DNA from: an uncultured Chlamydiae bacterium
GTDB taxonomy: Bacteria; Chlamydiota; Chlamydiia; Chlamydiales; SM23-39
Reading direction: 5' to 3'
Assembly (NCBI GenBank): GCA_963828125.1
Contig: CAWHDP010000001.1
Coordinates: 128,001 to 192,000, forward strand
Length of the DNA: 64,000 bases
Part shown: one piece after another, positions 9,919-20,496 of the stretch
Numbering within the stretch: the stretch's first letter is position 1
Layout: the number at the start of each line of letters is the position of its first letter
Position numbers and translations under genes: made by a program
Notes under the pieces: model-generated
Told to the model about the DNA's origin: nothing
Seen by the model: only the letters and a program-made list of their open reading frames with translations
Database searches by the model: none

Positions 9919-12900
9919 ATGCGATGGTTACTGTGTTTGATCTTCACTTCCCGATTGATCGCTGCTCCTTTCGAAAACCTAGGGCCTTCAACTCCCGATG
10001 AAATTGCCTCTTTAAGTACAAATCTTCTGATCGACGGCTATATTTCCCCTTTGTCTGGACAAGTCTCCCTTCATGCAACAGATCTGCATATTAAGGCAGC
10101 ACAAGACCTCGCACTCAAAAGAACATATGTGCCGCCTCAAATTCTTGGTCGCTATGAAGACAAAGATGATTTTGATCGTTTGCTCTTAGGGAAAAGTCTG
10201 GCATCTCAAGAAAGCAGGCGGTGGGCAATATTACCTCATCTTTGGGCTGGATTTAATTTGCATTCTCCCTATTTTCAGGTGCGTGATCCCAGCGGTTTTG
10301 TACTTGAATTCGAAATTCGTGGGGCTAAGGGAGTTTTAAAAACCAGTGCCTATGGCTTGAGCAATTTAAGACAGGGAAAACCGGATAGCACAGCAGATCT
10401 TCGCAATATTGAATTTTCGATAGATCCAGATGCAGCCCACATTATTTGGCCAGACGGAACAGAGCGCATCTATCGAAAACAATCCGCTGCACTATATCGC
10501 CTAGAAGCTGAACTTCTTCCGAATGGAAAGCGCATCGCTTACGAATATGACACCCAAGGGCTATCTAGAATCGCATCTACAGATAGATCCGGCAAATATA
10601 CTTATGCCTCGATTAAAAAAATTGGAGAAAACGCATACGTTGGGTCTGATGGCAGAGAAGCAAGGTTCAACTATGACGTATTTGAAGTTAAAGGCAAGAT
10701 AAAGAAAGGAAAATCGAAAGAAAGCTTTTCTTATAGGACATCCGTTCTCACAACAGCATCTAATCCAATTTATTCCAACAGGGTTCAATACAACGAGAGG
10801 AGCTTACTCTCATATTATGACGCAAAAGACTATCCATTATGGTTCGAATATTTCAGACATAAAGGAACAGTTGCTCGCACCCAGCGTCTAAATACCCCAT
10901 CCGGGTCTACTTTTTTTCCTACGATCCTCCGATTGCAGGAAAAAAAAGTGGCTGGACAAAAGCAGAATACGGAAACGGTGCATCTACTATATACCGCTTC
11001 AATCAAAATCTCCTCCTTTCCGCTCTTGAAAATTGGTTGGGTGGCACTCTCATTAATCAAAAAACCTTCACTTACAACCCCAAGCAACACATCCAGCGCA
11101 TTGAAATCCGAGATGGAGCCGGCAATCTCCTCATTGCCTACAACTATGAATGCGACATGCAAGGCAATCCCATTCTCGAGCAAGCCGAAGGGGATTTTGG
11201 CACTTTTTGTATTAAACGAACCTTTACTACAAAAGGCCGGCTCATTCGAGAAGAAAGAGATGATGGACTCGGGACTGAATACACATACTTAGAAAATACA
11301 CGCCTCCCTACCTCCAAAACAACCCTAGAATGGGGAAAGCCTATTCGTAAAACTTCTTACTTTTATGATGAAGCAAATAACTTAATCGAAGAGGCGGAAG
11401 AGGGAAGAACTCGTATTAGGTATATTCTTAATACCCAAGACCCCAATCTACATCGAGTCCAGTGGAAAGCAGAGAGCGACTGGAATGGGGTGCTCATTCA
11501 TAAGACGCATTTTATTTACGACGAATATGGGAACTGTATTGTTGATCCAGATGGAGGCATCGAGACCTATGAGTACGCGCCAAATGGCCTTTTAGCTTCG
11601 CAAACTGACCCTGACGGCCTCAAAACAGCTTTTACCTATGACGCTTTAGGGAGAACTCTTTCCAAAACAGTAGGTTTCTATACCACTTTTTATTCTTACG
11701 ATGCCTACCATTTGATCGAAGAGATCGATCCTCAAAGCCTCACTACTACATTCAAATACGATTTAGCAGGACGCAAAACAGAAGAAGAAAAAGCTGGTCG
11801 AAAAACAAAATTTTCTTACGATCCACTCGGCTTTTTAGCAGCTATTGAAAGAGGACATCGCCGGACTACATATCTTCGCAATCAAATCGGGCAGATCCTG
11901 GAAAAATCGATCGACGAGCATCTATTAACTCGTTGGACTTACGACTCGGCAGGCCTCGTCGCAACAGTCCTGCAAGCAGGAATCTTTTCATATTTCTACG
12001 ATCCTTATGATCGTCTTATCGAAACAATCGATGAGGAGGGCGGCAAAACAACCATCAGCTACGGAGAGGGTGAGCAAATCCTAGTCAAGACGATGCGAAA
12101 TCCAAGAAATGTAGAAACAATCGAAACTTATAATGCGCATGACCTGCTCCTTAAAAGGGAAATTCCTGGCTGTGTATTAGAAGAATTCGAATACGATCGC
12201 GCCCTTCGACTGATGAGACAAGGACCATTAAGCTTTTCTTATACTCCTGGAGGATTGCGCGCTTCCATGACGGAAGGAGAAATTCGAACGACTTTTTGGA
12301 TCTACACCCCCAGTGGAAAACTCCAAACAAAAATAAAACCCGACGGTACTGTCATCGCCTATGAATATAATCTTCAAGGAGAACTGACTAAAGTGGGTTC
12401 CCGCGAGTTTCGGTATGATCCAAATGGTCGGCTCATTCAAGGAAGCGGATTTTTTAGAACGCTCGATCCCTTTGGCAATATTTCAAGAGAAGAATTTTCA
12501 ACTGGTCTTTGGATTGAAAGCAAATATGACGACTCGAATCGCCCCACAGAAAGAACGCTGCCCGATTACAGCCGTATTGACTATGAATATGAAGGACCTT
12601 TTTTAAAAACAGTCACCCGTCTACACTCGAATGGGTCTGTCCTCTATACACACAACTATGATCGATACAATGAAGTTGGACTCATATTATCAGAAACAGG
12701 CCTCTTCCAAACCACCTATGCCTATGATAAAACCGGAGTAAGAAGGACATCCCAAATAAATCCATACCTTAAAGAGGCGCTTGTCTACGATGAAGCGGGT
12801 AACCTTATCAGGAGAGGAGCAGTCACTTATACTTACGATAATGCTTCCCAGCTCACCTCAGAAACTGGCAAGTTCACAGCATGCTACGATCAACATTACA

Positions 12901-14015
12901 ACTGCATTGAAAAAAATGGACAAGCTCAACCAGTTGACGCAGCAGGACAAATCCAGGGACTTCCATACGACAAAAAAGGAAATCTCATAAAACCCGGCTT
13001 CATTTTTGATGCTTTCGATCAGCTCATTTCAGCTGAAGAAGATTTCATTTATGATGCAGTTGGAAGAAGACTACAGAAAGGGAATACCTCTTATCTTTAT
13101 ATCGACGATGAGGAGATTGGATCTTTTGAATCAGGGAAGGCAAAAGAACTCAAAATACTCGGGCATCAAAATATTGTTGCCATTGAAATTGAAAATAGCA
13201 CCTTTGCTCCCGTTCAAGATGTACAAGGAACAATCCGATCCCTCATTGATTGGAAAACAAAAAAGCTCGTCAAAGAGAATTTTTGCGATGCATTTGGATT
13301 CGGGTTAACAGATGCAATCCCCTACGCCTATGCAGGCAAAAGATATGATGCAAAAACAGGTCTTATCTACTTCGGTAAGCGCTATTATAATCCAGAGCTG
13401 AATCGTTGGCTTACTCCTGATCCTTTGGGGCCCATCGATCATTCAAACCTCTATCAATACGTTTTCAATAACCCATTTCTATATCGAGATCCATACGGCG
13501 AAAGTATAGGTGGATATCTTCTAGGGTTAGGAGAGATCATTTTGGGTGGAACTATCATGGCCGGCGGTTTTGCACTTGAAGTGGTTACTGTTGGTGGGTT
13601 CACACTCGGCTTAGGGGTGACAACGGGAACTGGAGCATTATTGATGGGACATGGGCTTTCTATGACTACGTATCATACTCAGGATCTTAAGGCTCCCACG
13701 ATTTCTTGGAAAAATACTGATGTATACGCACCAGATAGACCTCTTCCTCTAACTCCAGCAGGAGTTCCAATCTCGGATACGGATGCGCCCCATACTCAAC
13801 TTGGGACAAAAGATAGTAAAAGAAGACCCGGTGAAAAATATCCTCAAGCTAGAGAGTTTGATAGCAACGGAAAACCGGTCAAAACTATCGATTTTACGGA
13901 TCATGGGGAACCCCCTATTCATCAAAATCCTCATGAGCATCCTTGCAAACCTAACCCAACAGGAGGAACTCCTAAAAGAGGAGATCCGCAACCGCTAGAA
14001 AATTGGAAATATTAA
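9919..14015 (+). pseudogene. Rhs polymorphic toxin 2 (paralog of Rhs 1), with a frameshift at T7 10911-10917 and an in-frame deletion of about 154 codons
   Basis: Collinear with Rhs 1 across ORFs 9898..11292 and 11037..14015; same signal peptide, core and DFTDHG..HQNPHEH tip. Confidence 0.9.
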
Positions 14016-14491
14016 TGTTTAATCCAAAATATCGAATTTTGATTACAAGCAAATGCTTTCCTGAAGATGGAGTTATAGGCTTAGGTACCCAATTGATTTC
14101 GATTCTTGACTTTGTTAAAAATTATATACCTCCGCATATATGGTATGCAGCTGATGTTGAAGTAGTTGGAATAAATGCTGAGAAACAGAACTTTAGCAAT
14201 ATACAAATAGCTCCAATAGGGACTGATGTTCAATTTATTGAGTACTGCTCTGGAATCGAACAATTCATCTGGGGAGTGTTCTTATGTATTGATAAAAAGT
14301 ATTCATCTCAAAATGTTATAGGTGTCGAATTGGAAACAGAAGACAAACCATTTCGCTCAATAGATTCTGATGGAATTTTAATAGAAATCAGAGCATTCGA
14401 TACCACTTACTTCGGAATATACGCCGAAGATCTTGAATTGATTACAAAAATAGCAAAACAATACAGGATTGCCATCGAACAAATTAAATAG
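14015..14491 (+). CDS. Cognate immunity protein of Rhs toxin 2
   Basis: TAATG stop/start overlap with Rhs 2; 158 aa, acidic, AT-rich. Confidence 0.75.
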   Translation: MFNPKYRILITSKCFPEDGVIGLGTQLISILDFVKNYIPPHIWYAADVEVVGINAEKQNFSNIQIAPIGTDVQFIEYCSGIEQFIWGVFLCIDKKYSSQNVIGVELETEDKPFRSIDSDGILIEIRAFDTTYFGIYAEDLELITKIAKQYRIAIEQIK

Positions 14492-14550
14492 GGATTTTCC
14501 CGACTCCTACCGATCCCCCCTGCTACAAGCAGGAAAAAATAGAGGTTCAT

Positions 14551-14757
14551 ATGACACACAAAAGATTGCAAAATAAAATAGCTCTTATAACTGGAGGCTC
14601 TCGAGGAATAGGCGCAGCCATTGCCAAGCGTTTTGCTAAGGAAGGATGTCATGTAGCTATTAGCTATGCAGAGTCCAAAGAAAAAGCCCTTCTTTTATTG
14701 AAAGCACTCGAAAAAGAGGGAGTCAAAACTCTAGCTGTACAAGCGGATCAGGCAAAC
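14551..14757 (+). pseudogene. Short-chain dehydrogenase/reductase, N-terminal fragment
   Basis: [24 protein letters not shown]ossmann motif; cut after QADQAN. Confidence 0.85.
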
Positions 14758-14758
14758 T

Positions 14759-15016
14759 CCTGCCGTGATTGTTCCTCAAAAATTATGTTTTCGATCTTAT
14801 AACTATATAAGTAAGAGGGATTTTGTCACTCATCTGGATGTCTTAGGCAAGCTAAGATATGGCAATGAGTTAAAAGTCTTAGAACCTCATCCTCAAGCCA
14901 GTTTTTGGGATCATGAAGTTTTGAGTCCTACTTTTAAAGATGTATTAAAGGATCATATTTCTGATTATATTAAAAATTATGGAGGTATCAAATGGAGTTT
15001 TTTTGTGATTTTTTAA
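14759..15016 (+). pseudogene. C-terminal fragment of a second alpha/beta-hydrolase toxin tip
   Basis: [33 protein letters not shown] aligns by eye with the end of 8051..8920. Confidence 0.8.
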
Positions 15017-15594
15017 AAATTCTGCGTGTCTGTGTTTTTGTTTTTTGTTGTACATCTTGTAGTTCTTCAGCAGATTATGAAAAAATAGCTAATAAAATTA
15101 CGGAAAAAACTGCAAAAAAATTGAAAGAGCAAAAGAATCTATGTCTTGTAGGAACGGGCGGGCAAATGATGCATGACATACAGATGATGGCAATGAGTTT
15201 TTATTATTATCAAGAAGTTGATCTCCAAGCAGCTCGCAAACTTATTGTATCCGCACTTGAGGAATATTTAGTAGAGATTAATAATAGCCAAGAAATAAAG
15301 CCTTATCTTCATCAGAATCTTTTTACTGCTAAAAATATTGAAATAAGAATTTGGGTTTATAATCCGGATAGATCTGAACTTCCTTTGGACAAAATATATT
15401 ACATTTCCTCTCTCAATGGTGAGGTTAGCTATTACATTCGTGCAAAGGATCGCCAAGCAATTCATGAAGAAAGTTATGAGGAAGCATTAACAGAAGCTAC
15501 GGACAATCAAAATGTTGCAAGGCAAATTAATCCAATAATAGGCGGAAATTTTCAGCAGGAGAATGTCTTCAGAGAAGCAATAGCAAAAGATTGA
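14992..15594 (+). CDS. Putative lipoprotein immunity protein, paralog of 8917..9576; stop codon supplied by an IS3 end
   Basis: Shared DYEKIA.KIT..TA.KLKE.K.L.L.G.GG.MM.DIQMMAMSF.YYQEV motif; Cys-containing signal region. Confidence 0.75.
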   Translation: MEFFCDFLKILRVCVFVFCCTSCSSSADYEKIANKITEKTAKKLKEQKNLCLVGTGGQMMHDIQMMAMSFYYYQEVDLQAARKLIVSALEEYLVEINNSQEIKPYLHQNLFTAKNIEIRIWVYNPDRSELPLDKIYYISSLNGEVSYYIRAKDRQAIHEESYEEALTEATDNQNVARQINPIIGGNFQQENVFREAIAKD

Positions 15595-16020
15595 GGTGGA
15601 CCCAATCGACCGGACAACTTTTTAGGCAAAACTAGTTTGCTTCTACTGTTTCGTTTTCCTTCCCGAAGGAGGAACAACGGCTGCTGTCGGTTTGGCAGCC
15701 TACCAAAACTACGAATTAATTCACAACTGTTTTTTCAGTACACACTCCTTTGCTCTTTGTTCAGAACTACACATGCCTTCAGATCCGAAGGCAGAAAGGA
15801 GCACGGGGGAACCCCCCGTGCGCGCGCGACCCTGCCTTCATTTTCCATAATGCACCTCGTGAGGTGTTTTGTAGCCGAGCGCTTGGTGCGGCCTTTTGGT
15901 GTTGTAGTATTGACAATAGCTGGCAAGGCCGACCCTTGCTTCGGGCATGCTTTGATAGTCTTGCAAATACACGTTTTCATACTTCACCGATCTCCATAGC
16001 CGTTCCACGAACACGTTGTC
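15592..16020 (-). mobile_element. IS3-family right-end remnant including the OrfB C-terminus (15838..16020)
   Basis: Minus strand translates DNVFVERLWRSVKYENVYL..YNTKRPHQALGYKTP* (not in the ORF track); terminal TGAGGTGGACCCAATCGACCGGACAAC at 15592. Confidence 0.85.
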
Positions 16021-16390
16021 CTGACTTCGACGGTTTTTTTTATTCCCGTCCTTAAAACATAAGCACTTAAGTTTTTTCGTTACACTACATTTTCTGCTTC
16101 AATGTGTATCGGCTAGGGCCTTCAGGATTCTGAACATCCATTGCCCTATAAATCATCCTCGCCTCCTTTCCGATTCTTGATGGCACTTTATAAAAATGTC
16201 CCGTTGTTTTGTCTTCCAAGATGCTCGGTTCGATTTCTGCGAGAGAGTTCCTTATTTTTTCGATGCTGATCGATTCGTCAAAAATATTGATTTTCTGCTG
16301 TGCATATCTCGTAATTGCAAAAGCAAGGTAGCAGATTAAAATGTGAGCCTTGATACGATCAGGGGTGAAATGATACATCGGCTTGGCTAT
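16020..16390 (-). mobile_element. IS1634-family right-end remnant inserted into the IS3 copy
   Basis: KPMYHFTPDRIKAHILICYLA transposase C-terminus; end ...GAAGTCAGG abuts the IS3 integrase sequence. Confidence 0.75.
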
Positions 16391-16408
16391 TTCTATCTCC
16401 ATGGATAG

Positions 16409-17036
16409 CTAAAGGGCCAGCAACTTCTTTATAATGCGTTCAAAACTCAGCTTCTTTAACTTTCCAGACGGGTCCTGAGCCTCTAGCTTGGACCAATCAG
16501 CAGGAGAAGCTTGATTCACCCAATTAGACAATTGCTTTTGAAATGTCTGCAGCCATTTGGGGTGCTGCTGGGAGAGGAAAGCAAATTCAGCAAGCGCTCG
16601 ATCGGAAAAATCCCCCAACTGCGTGGTTACGTACCAAACCCCATAGAGATCCTTGAGCATCTTTGATGCGCTCTTCCGTCTGGTAAACGTAAGCCCCTTG
16701 TGGAAGATCCATGCTCCAGGTGAGACGACCTTTCCCGCTTCTCCTGAATAGGTTCGGAATTCTATTGTCGTTTGCAGGCTCAGCGTCAAGTAGCTCAAAG
16801 GCTGCTGCTTCATTGAGATATTTGGCGATGTTCTTTTTAGAGATCTCAGGAACCTTTCTGGGAATCAACGAGTCAATATCACGCGTTCCAACAGGGGGAT
16901 TTTCGAGCTTGGGATCGGCGAGGTAAAGCTTGTAAATGAAAAGAGCAAAACCGCCTCCGATAACAACGAACTCTCGCCATGGTCCCAGTGACTTTAAAAA
17001 TTCTGAAATGATTTTGTCTTCTTGAATCTGTTTCAT
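16409..17036 (-). pseudogene. Nucleotidyltransferase-fold toxin (AbiEii / GSU2403-like type IV TA), broken by an internal deletion/frameshift near 16805
   Basis: VVIGGGFA..GTRDID N-terminal motif in one frame; SPGAWIFHKG..KMLKDLY C-terminal motif in another. Confidence 0.75.
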
Positions 17037-17764
17037 TTGTTCTTAAGGCTTTTGTAGATGCGTTTCAGTTCAGGTGCTCGCTGGGCTATAAATTCTGCTT
17101 GTTCTTGTCCTCGCAGGGGAAAATGATAAAGATCTAAAAAGGTAAGGAGGAGGGGGCAAATATCAATTTCTTTGCCGTTCTTCCTATTTTGCTTGAGCAG
17201 CATTTTGTAGTAAGGCTCGATCAACAAAACCTCATACCCTCTTTCTTGTGGATCTAATTGCAGAGCGCTTTCTAATTTCGGTCTAATAGAAGGGTCAAGG
17301 ACATACAATTCTAATCCTTTTAGATTGGTATTCTTAAGCCCAAGCGCTTCGGCTGCTGAATGAAGAGCCAAGATCACGTTTTGTTCGAGCCCAGATTTCT
17401 TTAAAGCCTTGAACCACTCTGACTTTCCAGAAAGAGCGGAAGCGTAGGTTCTGATTTTGCATTTTTTCACGATGCTATAATGCTCTAGCCAGCTTTCTAG
17501 AAGTTCTTTTGGTTTGTTAAAGGAAAACCTCTTGGAGGTTCTGATTCCTTCAACTTGAAGAAGTCCTTTCAGTACCAGAATATTGAAAACACGTTGAACC
17601 AGACCGAGGCTTACCCCTGCTTCTTTAGCAACTTCTCTCAATGAGAAGTTTACTTTGAAAAGCCCTTCTCGAAGCAGCCAATCAAGCACGAGAGAGGACT
17701 TATCTGCATAGACATTCCCTTCTGCTGGATCTTCATTTGAACTTACTAGGAAACGACCTTTCAT
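17033..17764 (-). CDS. AbiEi-like type IV antitoxin / wHTH regulator
   Basis: SLREVAKEAGVSLGLVQRV HTH, KPKELLESW, LTFLDLY..RGQEQAEFI; GGAGG SD; ATGA overlap with the NTase. Confidence 0.8.
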   Translation of the reverse strand: MKGRFLVSSNEDPAEGNVYADKSSLVLDWLLREGLFKVNFSLREVAKEAGVSLGLVQRVFNILVLKGLLQVEGIRTSKRFSFNKPKELLESWLEHYSIVKKCKIRTYASALSGKSEWFKALKKSGLEQNVILALHSAAEALGLKNTNLKGLELYVLDPSIRPKLESALQLDPQERGYEVLLIEPYYKMLLKQNRKNGKEIDICPLLLTFLDLYHFPLRGQEQAEFIAQRAPELKRIYKSLKNK

Positions 17765-17776
17765 TGCGACCTCCTT

Positions 17777-17831
17777 CTGTTCATTATAATACACTGTTCA
17801 ATATATATTGAACAGACATAAATATTGAACA
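17777..17831. promoter_or_regulatory. Palindromic operator upstream of the abiEi-like gene
   Basis: Perfect 22-bp palindrome CTGTTCAATATATATTGAACAG (17794-17815) plus extra TGTTCA/TGAACA half-sites at 17778 and 17826. Confidence 0.75.
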
Positions 17832-18072
17832 AATGGACCCCAAGGAAGAGGTTTCTTAAAAATTCGTTACGAAACTTATTTTTAATGACTTAGAACAATT
17901 TTAACTCGAACTTTCGAAAATTCAGAATCAAATAATAAGGTTCATCCGACAAATGCGTACCTGGATTCGTGTAGGTGATAAAGTCGCAATTTAAAATATT
18001 CAATATCTCGAAACCCATAAGCCTGCCTTTTCATTGTCTTGATTTTGGCAAGTGCTCATAAAATTGAGGTAA

Positions 18073-18549
18073 TCACTCCAGAAATGGGACTCGGTTACCA
18101 ATCTGCATATGGACCCTTTTGCCGCAATGTTCACAAGGAAGTGACACACCATAAGTACACCTATTGCATTTGTCACAATGCCACTCTCTCCAATCTCTAC
18201 ATGTTTTGCAAATCTCACAATGCCAACTACAATTGTCTGCAGCTACATCGTTCCAGCAAAAAGAAAACCAATAAGTTTCTTGGCATTTAGAACAGTCATA
18301 TTCTCCCAGCAAGGATTTCAAGGGAATGCTTTCGCATTCACACGGCAGTAGTATTTCTTTGGATAATTCTTTATCTTTAAGGTCTTTGACGATACGAATA
18401 TTTTGTATAGCACACAATGCCAGATGTTCCGTGTCTTGTCCATTCAGAGGGTTATGGCAATTAACACAACGACATTTCTCAGTACATCCTTGACCGTTTT
18501 TTAGACAATCGCATCGATATGTGGAACAACTTGTTTTACATTTACACAT
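18073..18549 (-). CDS. Cysteine-rich passenger protein with N-terminal tesmin/TSO1-like CXC domain
   Basis: 24 Cys in 158 aa; CxCx3Cx4CxCx6Cx3CxCx2CxN followed by two HCxxCxxC units. Confidence 0.75.
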   Translation of the reverse strand: MCKCKTSCSTYRCDCLKNGQGCTEKCRCVNCHNPLNGQDTEHLALCAIQNIRIVKDLKDKELSKEILLPCECESIPLKSLLGEYDCSKCQETYWFSFCWNDVAADNCSWHCEICKTCRDWREWHCDKCNRCTYGVSLPCEHCGKRVHMQIGNRVPFLE

Positions 18550-18639
18550 TTTCTAATTCGCTTCTGAAAGCTTGCTAAAACTGGATTATTCTAGCCCAGG
18601 AGGCAAGCATCTTGCAATGTGATTTCTCCTGGCAGCGAA

Positions 18640-20496
18640 TTACCCAACGAGAGGCAAACAATGTTCTACAGCTTCATTTGAGTTTCGTGCGGGTGGGTCT
18701 GCAGCAGCCGCTAGCGCTCGGTCAAAAATCACGGTTGCTAAACGAGGAATCGCATATTTCCCACGTACTCTGTCCTGTAAAAAGGACAAAAAATTGATCT
18801 CGAGTTTTCGGCATGTCTGTTTTAGACTTAAAAAGGTGTCTCTAACTTTCTGCCCCATTTCACTACGAGTTCCCCCAGAAATTTTCAGCTTTATTTTTGC
18901 CGCACGGGCACATGTTTCCGAACTGTTATTATGCAAAGGCGTCTCCGGCCTCCGCAGAACCATAAGTAGTTCTTGCTTTTTGTCACGAGTTTTCTCCAGT
19001 TGGTGATTCAAGGTAGGACTGGACGTTTTCTGCTGAAAAATGGCATCAAATTTTTTGCTTATGCTCTCTGCAACTTCTTGAGAGGGTGATTCTTTATAGG
19101 TTTTAAGGTCTTGATAGATATCCCATATTTGCTCTCTGACTTGTTCCAATTCAGATCGAGACTTGTCAGTTGTCATGAGGAGCTTTCTATAGTGCCTATC
19201 TTCATGAATCCAGCATAGCGAATGTTGAAATACATAAAACTGCCCTGCATCATCACTATGCACACCCAGTTCGCGTGAGATTCCATTTTGTATCACAGAT
19301 GCATACAAAGCTGCTTCTGTGAGAAAACGAACTTCTGATTCCTTCGTAACATTACGTTCCCTTAAAAATTGCTCCCATTCTGCGAGTGTTGCAAATTTGC
19401 TATTTAAGGACAGAGAGACATAGCCAGGCAGATACTCAGCAACGTTCACATGTGACAGATATTCCAGGGTATCTTGATTGATCACATATTCTTCTTTTCC
19501 ATTTTGAAGCAATTGGAGAAAATTTTTCCGGCTCTTACTTTCTGTCGTTGTAAAAATACTGAACCAACGATTCCCTATGACCGTTGTGTACTGATTTTGC
19601 CCATTATGCCGACCGCCTGTATCGTCCACTTGCACCTGGTTTTCTACACTTGTGGCAGCAAGCATTAGCTCTGCAGCTTCTTCAATGAAAGGGTTCTTGT
19701 TCTCAATTAAAATATTGTTCAGTTGGCCTGCGGAAATCAAAATACCGATAGCGCGTAGCTGGTCTAATAGAAGATGCTCTGTAACACGGCAAGCATGGTA
19801 TTGGTGAAGGATGTAAGTCACCAATTCTGGGCCATAGTGCCCATGGATATCTTTAGGGAGTTGCCCTGTTACGTAAGTGCCATCAGGTAGTTCCCATCGA
19901 GCCAATTTGTATTGGATATTGTGTGGTTTAAGGAGGATGTCTTGCACTGTATAATGGCAATAACCTTTGAATTTAGCGCCATCCGGAATATTTTCAGGCT
20001 GAATTTCCAATTTGGTGTGGATTTCTAGTACTGTTTTTTTCTTTTTACGTTTCTTGCCTCTTGGTTGCCCAGGTTTTCCAATTCTCCTAATATTTTTGAT
20101 CATCAGTCTAGCTAATCGAGAAAGTTCAACTGTTCGTTCTTGCAACAAAGGTGAAGTGATTATGAAAAAATCGCGAGACGACAATGAAACATCAAAACTC
20201 GTTGTGAATTGCGCGGGTGAAATGAACAAAACGCGCATCTCGTGGACATCGATGAGGCTAATTCGTTTATATAGATCGGGCTTGTTCTTTTTCCCTTCCA
20301 GGTTATTGGGGGGAATGTCCGGTTTTGGCTTCTGTCCTTTGAGGCGAGCAATTTCATCTTTGAGTTGCTGGATCAGTTCTTTTTGTGCAGCCAAGGCATT
20401 GGTCATTGTATCAATTTGTTGACGGAGTTGGAAGTTTTCGTTAGAAAGCTGATCGATAAGAGAAGAGGAAATTTGAACTTTTGAGGAATCTTGCAT
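18640..20496 (-). CDS. IS66-like DDE transposase
   Basis: N-terminal coiled coil, VQVDDTG, HSDDAGQF, LCWIHEDR, PLHNNSSE, KISGGTRS. Confidence 0.9.
   Translation of the reverse strand: MQDSSKVQISSSLIDQLSNENFQLRQQIDTMTNALAAQKELIQQLKDEIARLKGQKPKPDIPPNNLEGKKNKPDLYKRISLIDVHEMRVLFISPAQFTTSFDVSLSSRDFFIITSPLLQERTVELSRLARLMIKNIRRIGKPGQPRGKKRKKKKTVLEIHTKLEIQPENIPDGAKFKGYCHYTVQDILLKPHNIQYKLARWELPDGTYVTGQLPKDIHGHYGPELVTYILHQYHACRVTEHLLLDQLRAIGILISAGQLNNILIENKNPFIEEAAELMLAATSVENQVQVDDTGGRHNGQNQYTTVIGNRWFSIFTTTESKSRKNFLQLLQNGKEEYVINQDTLEYLSHVNVAEYLPGYVSLSLNSKFATLAEWEQFLRERNVTKESEVRFLTEAALYASVIQNGISRELGVHSDDAGQFYVFQHSLCWIHEDRHYRKLLMTTDKSRSELEQVREQIWDIYQDLKTYKESPSQEVAESISKKFDAIFQQKTSSPTLNHQLEKTRDKKQELLMVLRRPETPLHNNSSETCARAAKIKLKISGGTRSEMGQKVRDTFLSLKQTCRKLEINFLSFLQDRVRGKYAIPRLATVIFDRALAAAADPPARNSNEAVEHCLPLVG

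Noticed and set aside
15637..16055. ORFs 15637..15999, 15735..15980 and 15750..16055 as genes
   Set aside because: Shadow frames of the IS3 OrfB remnant on the minus strand.
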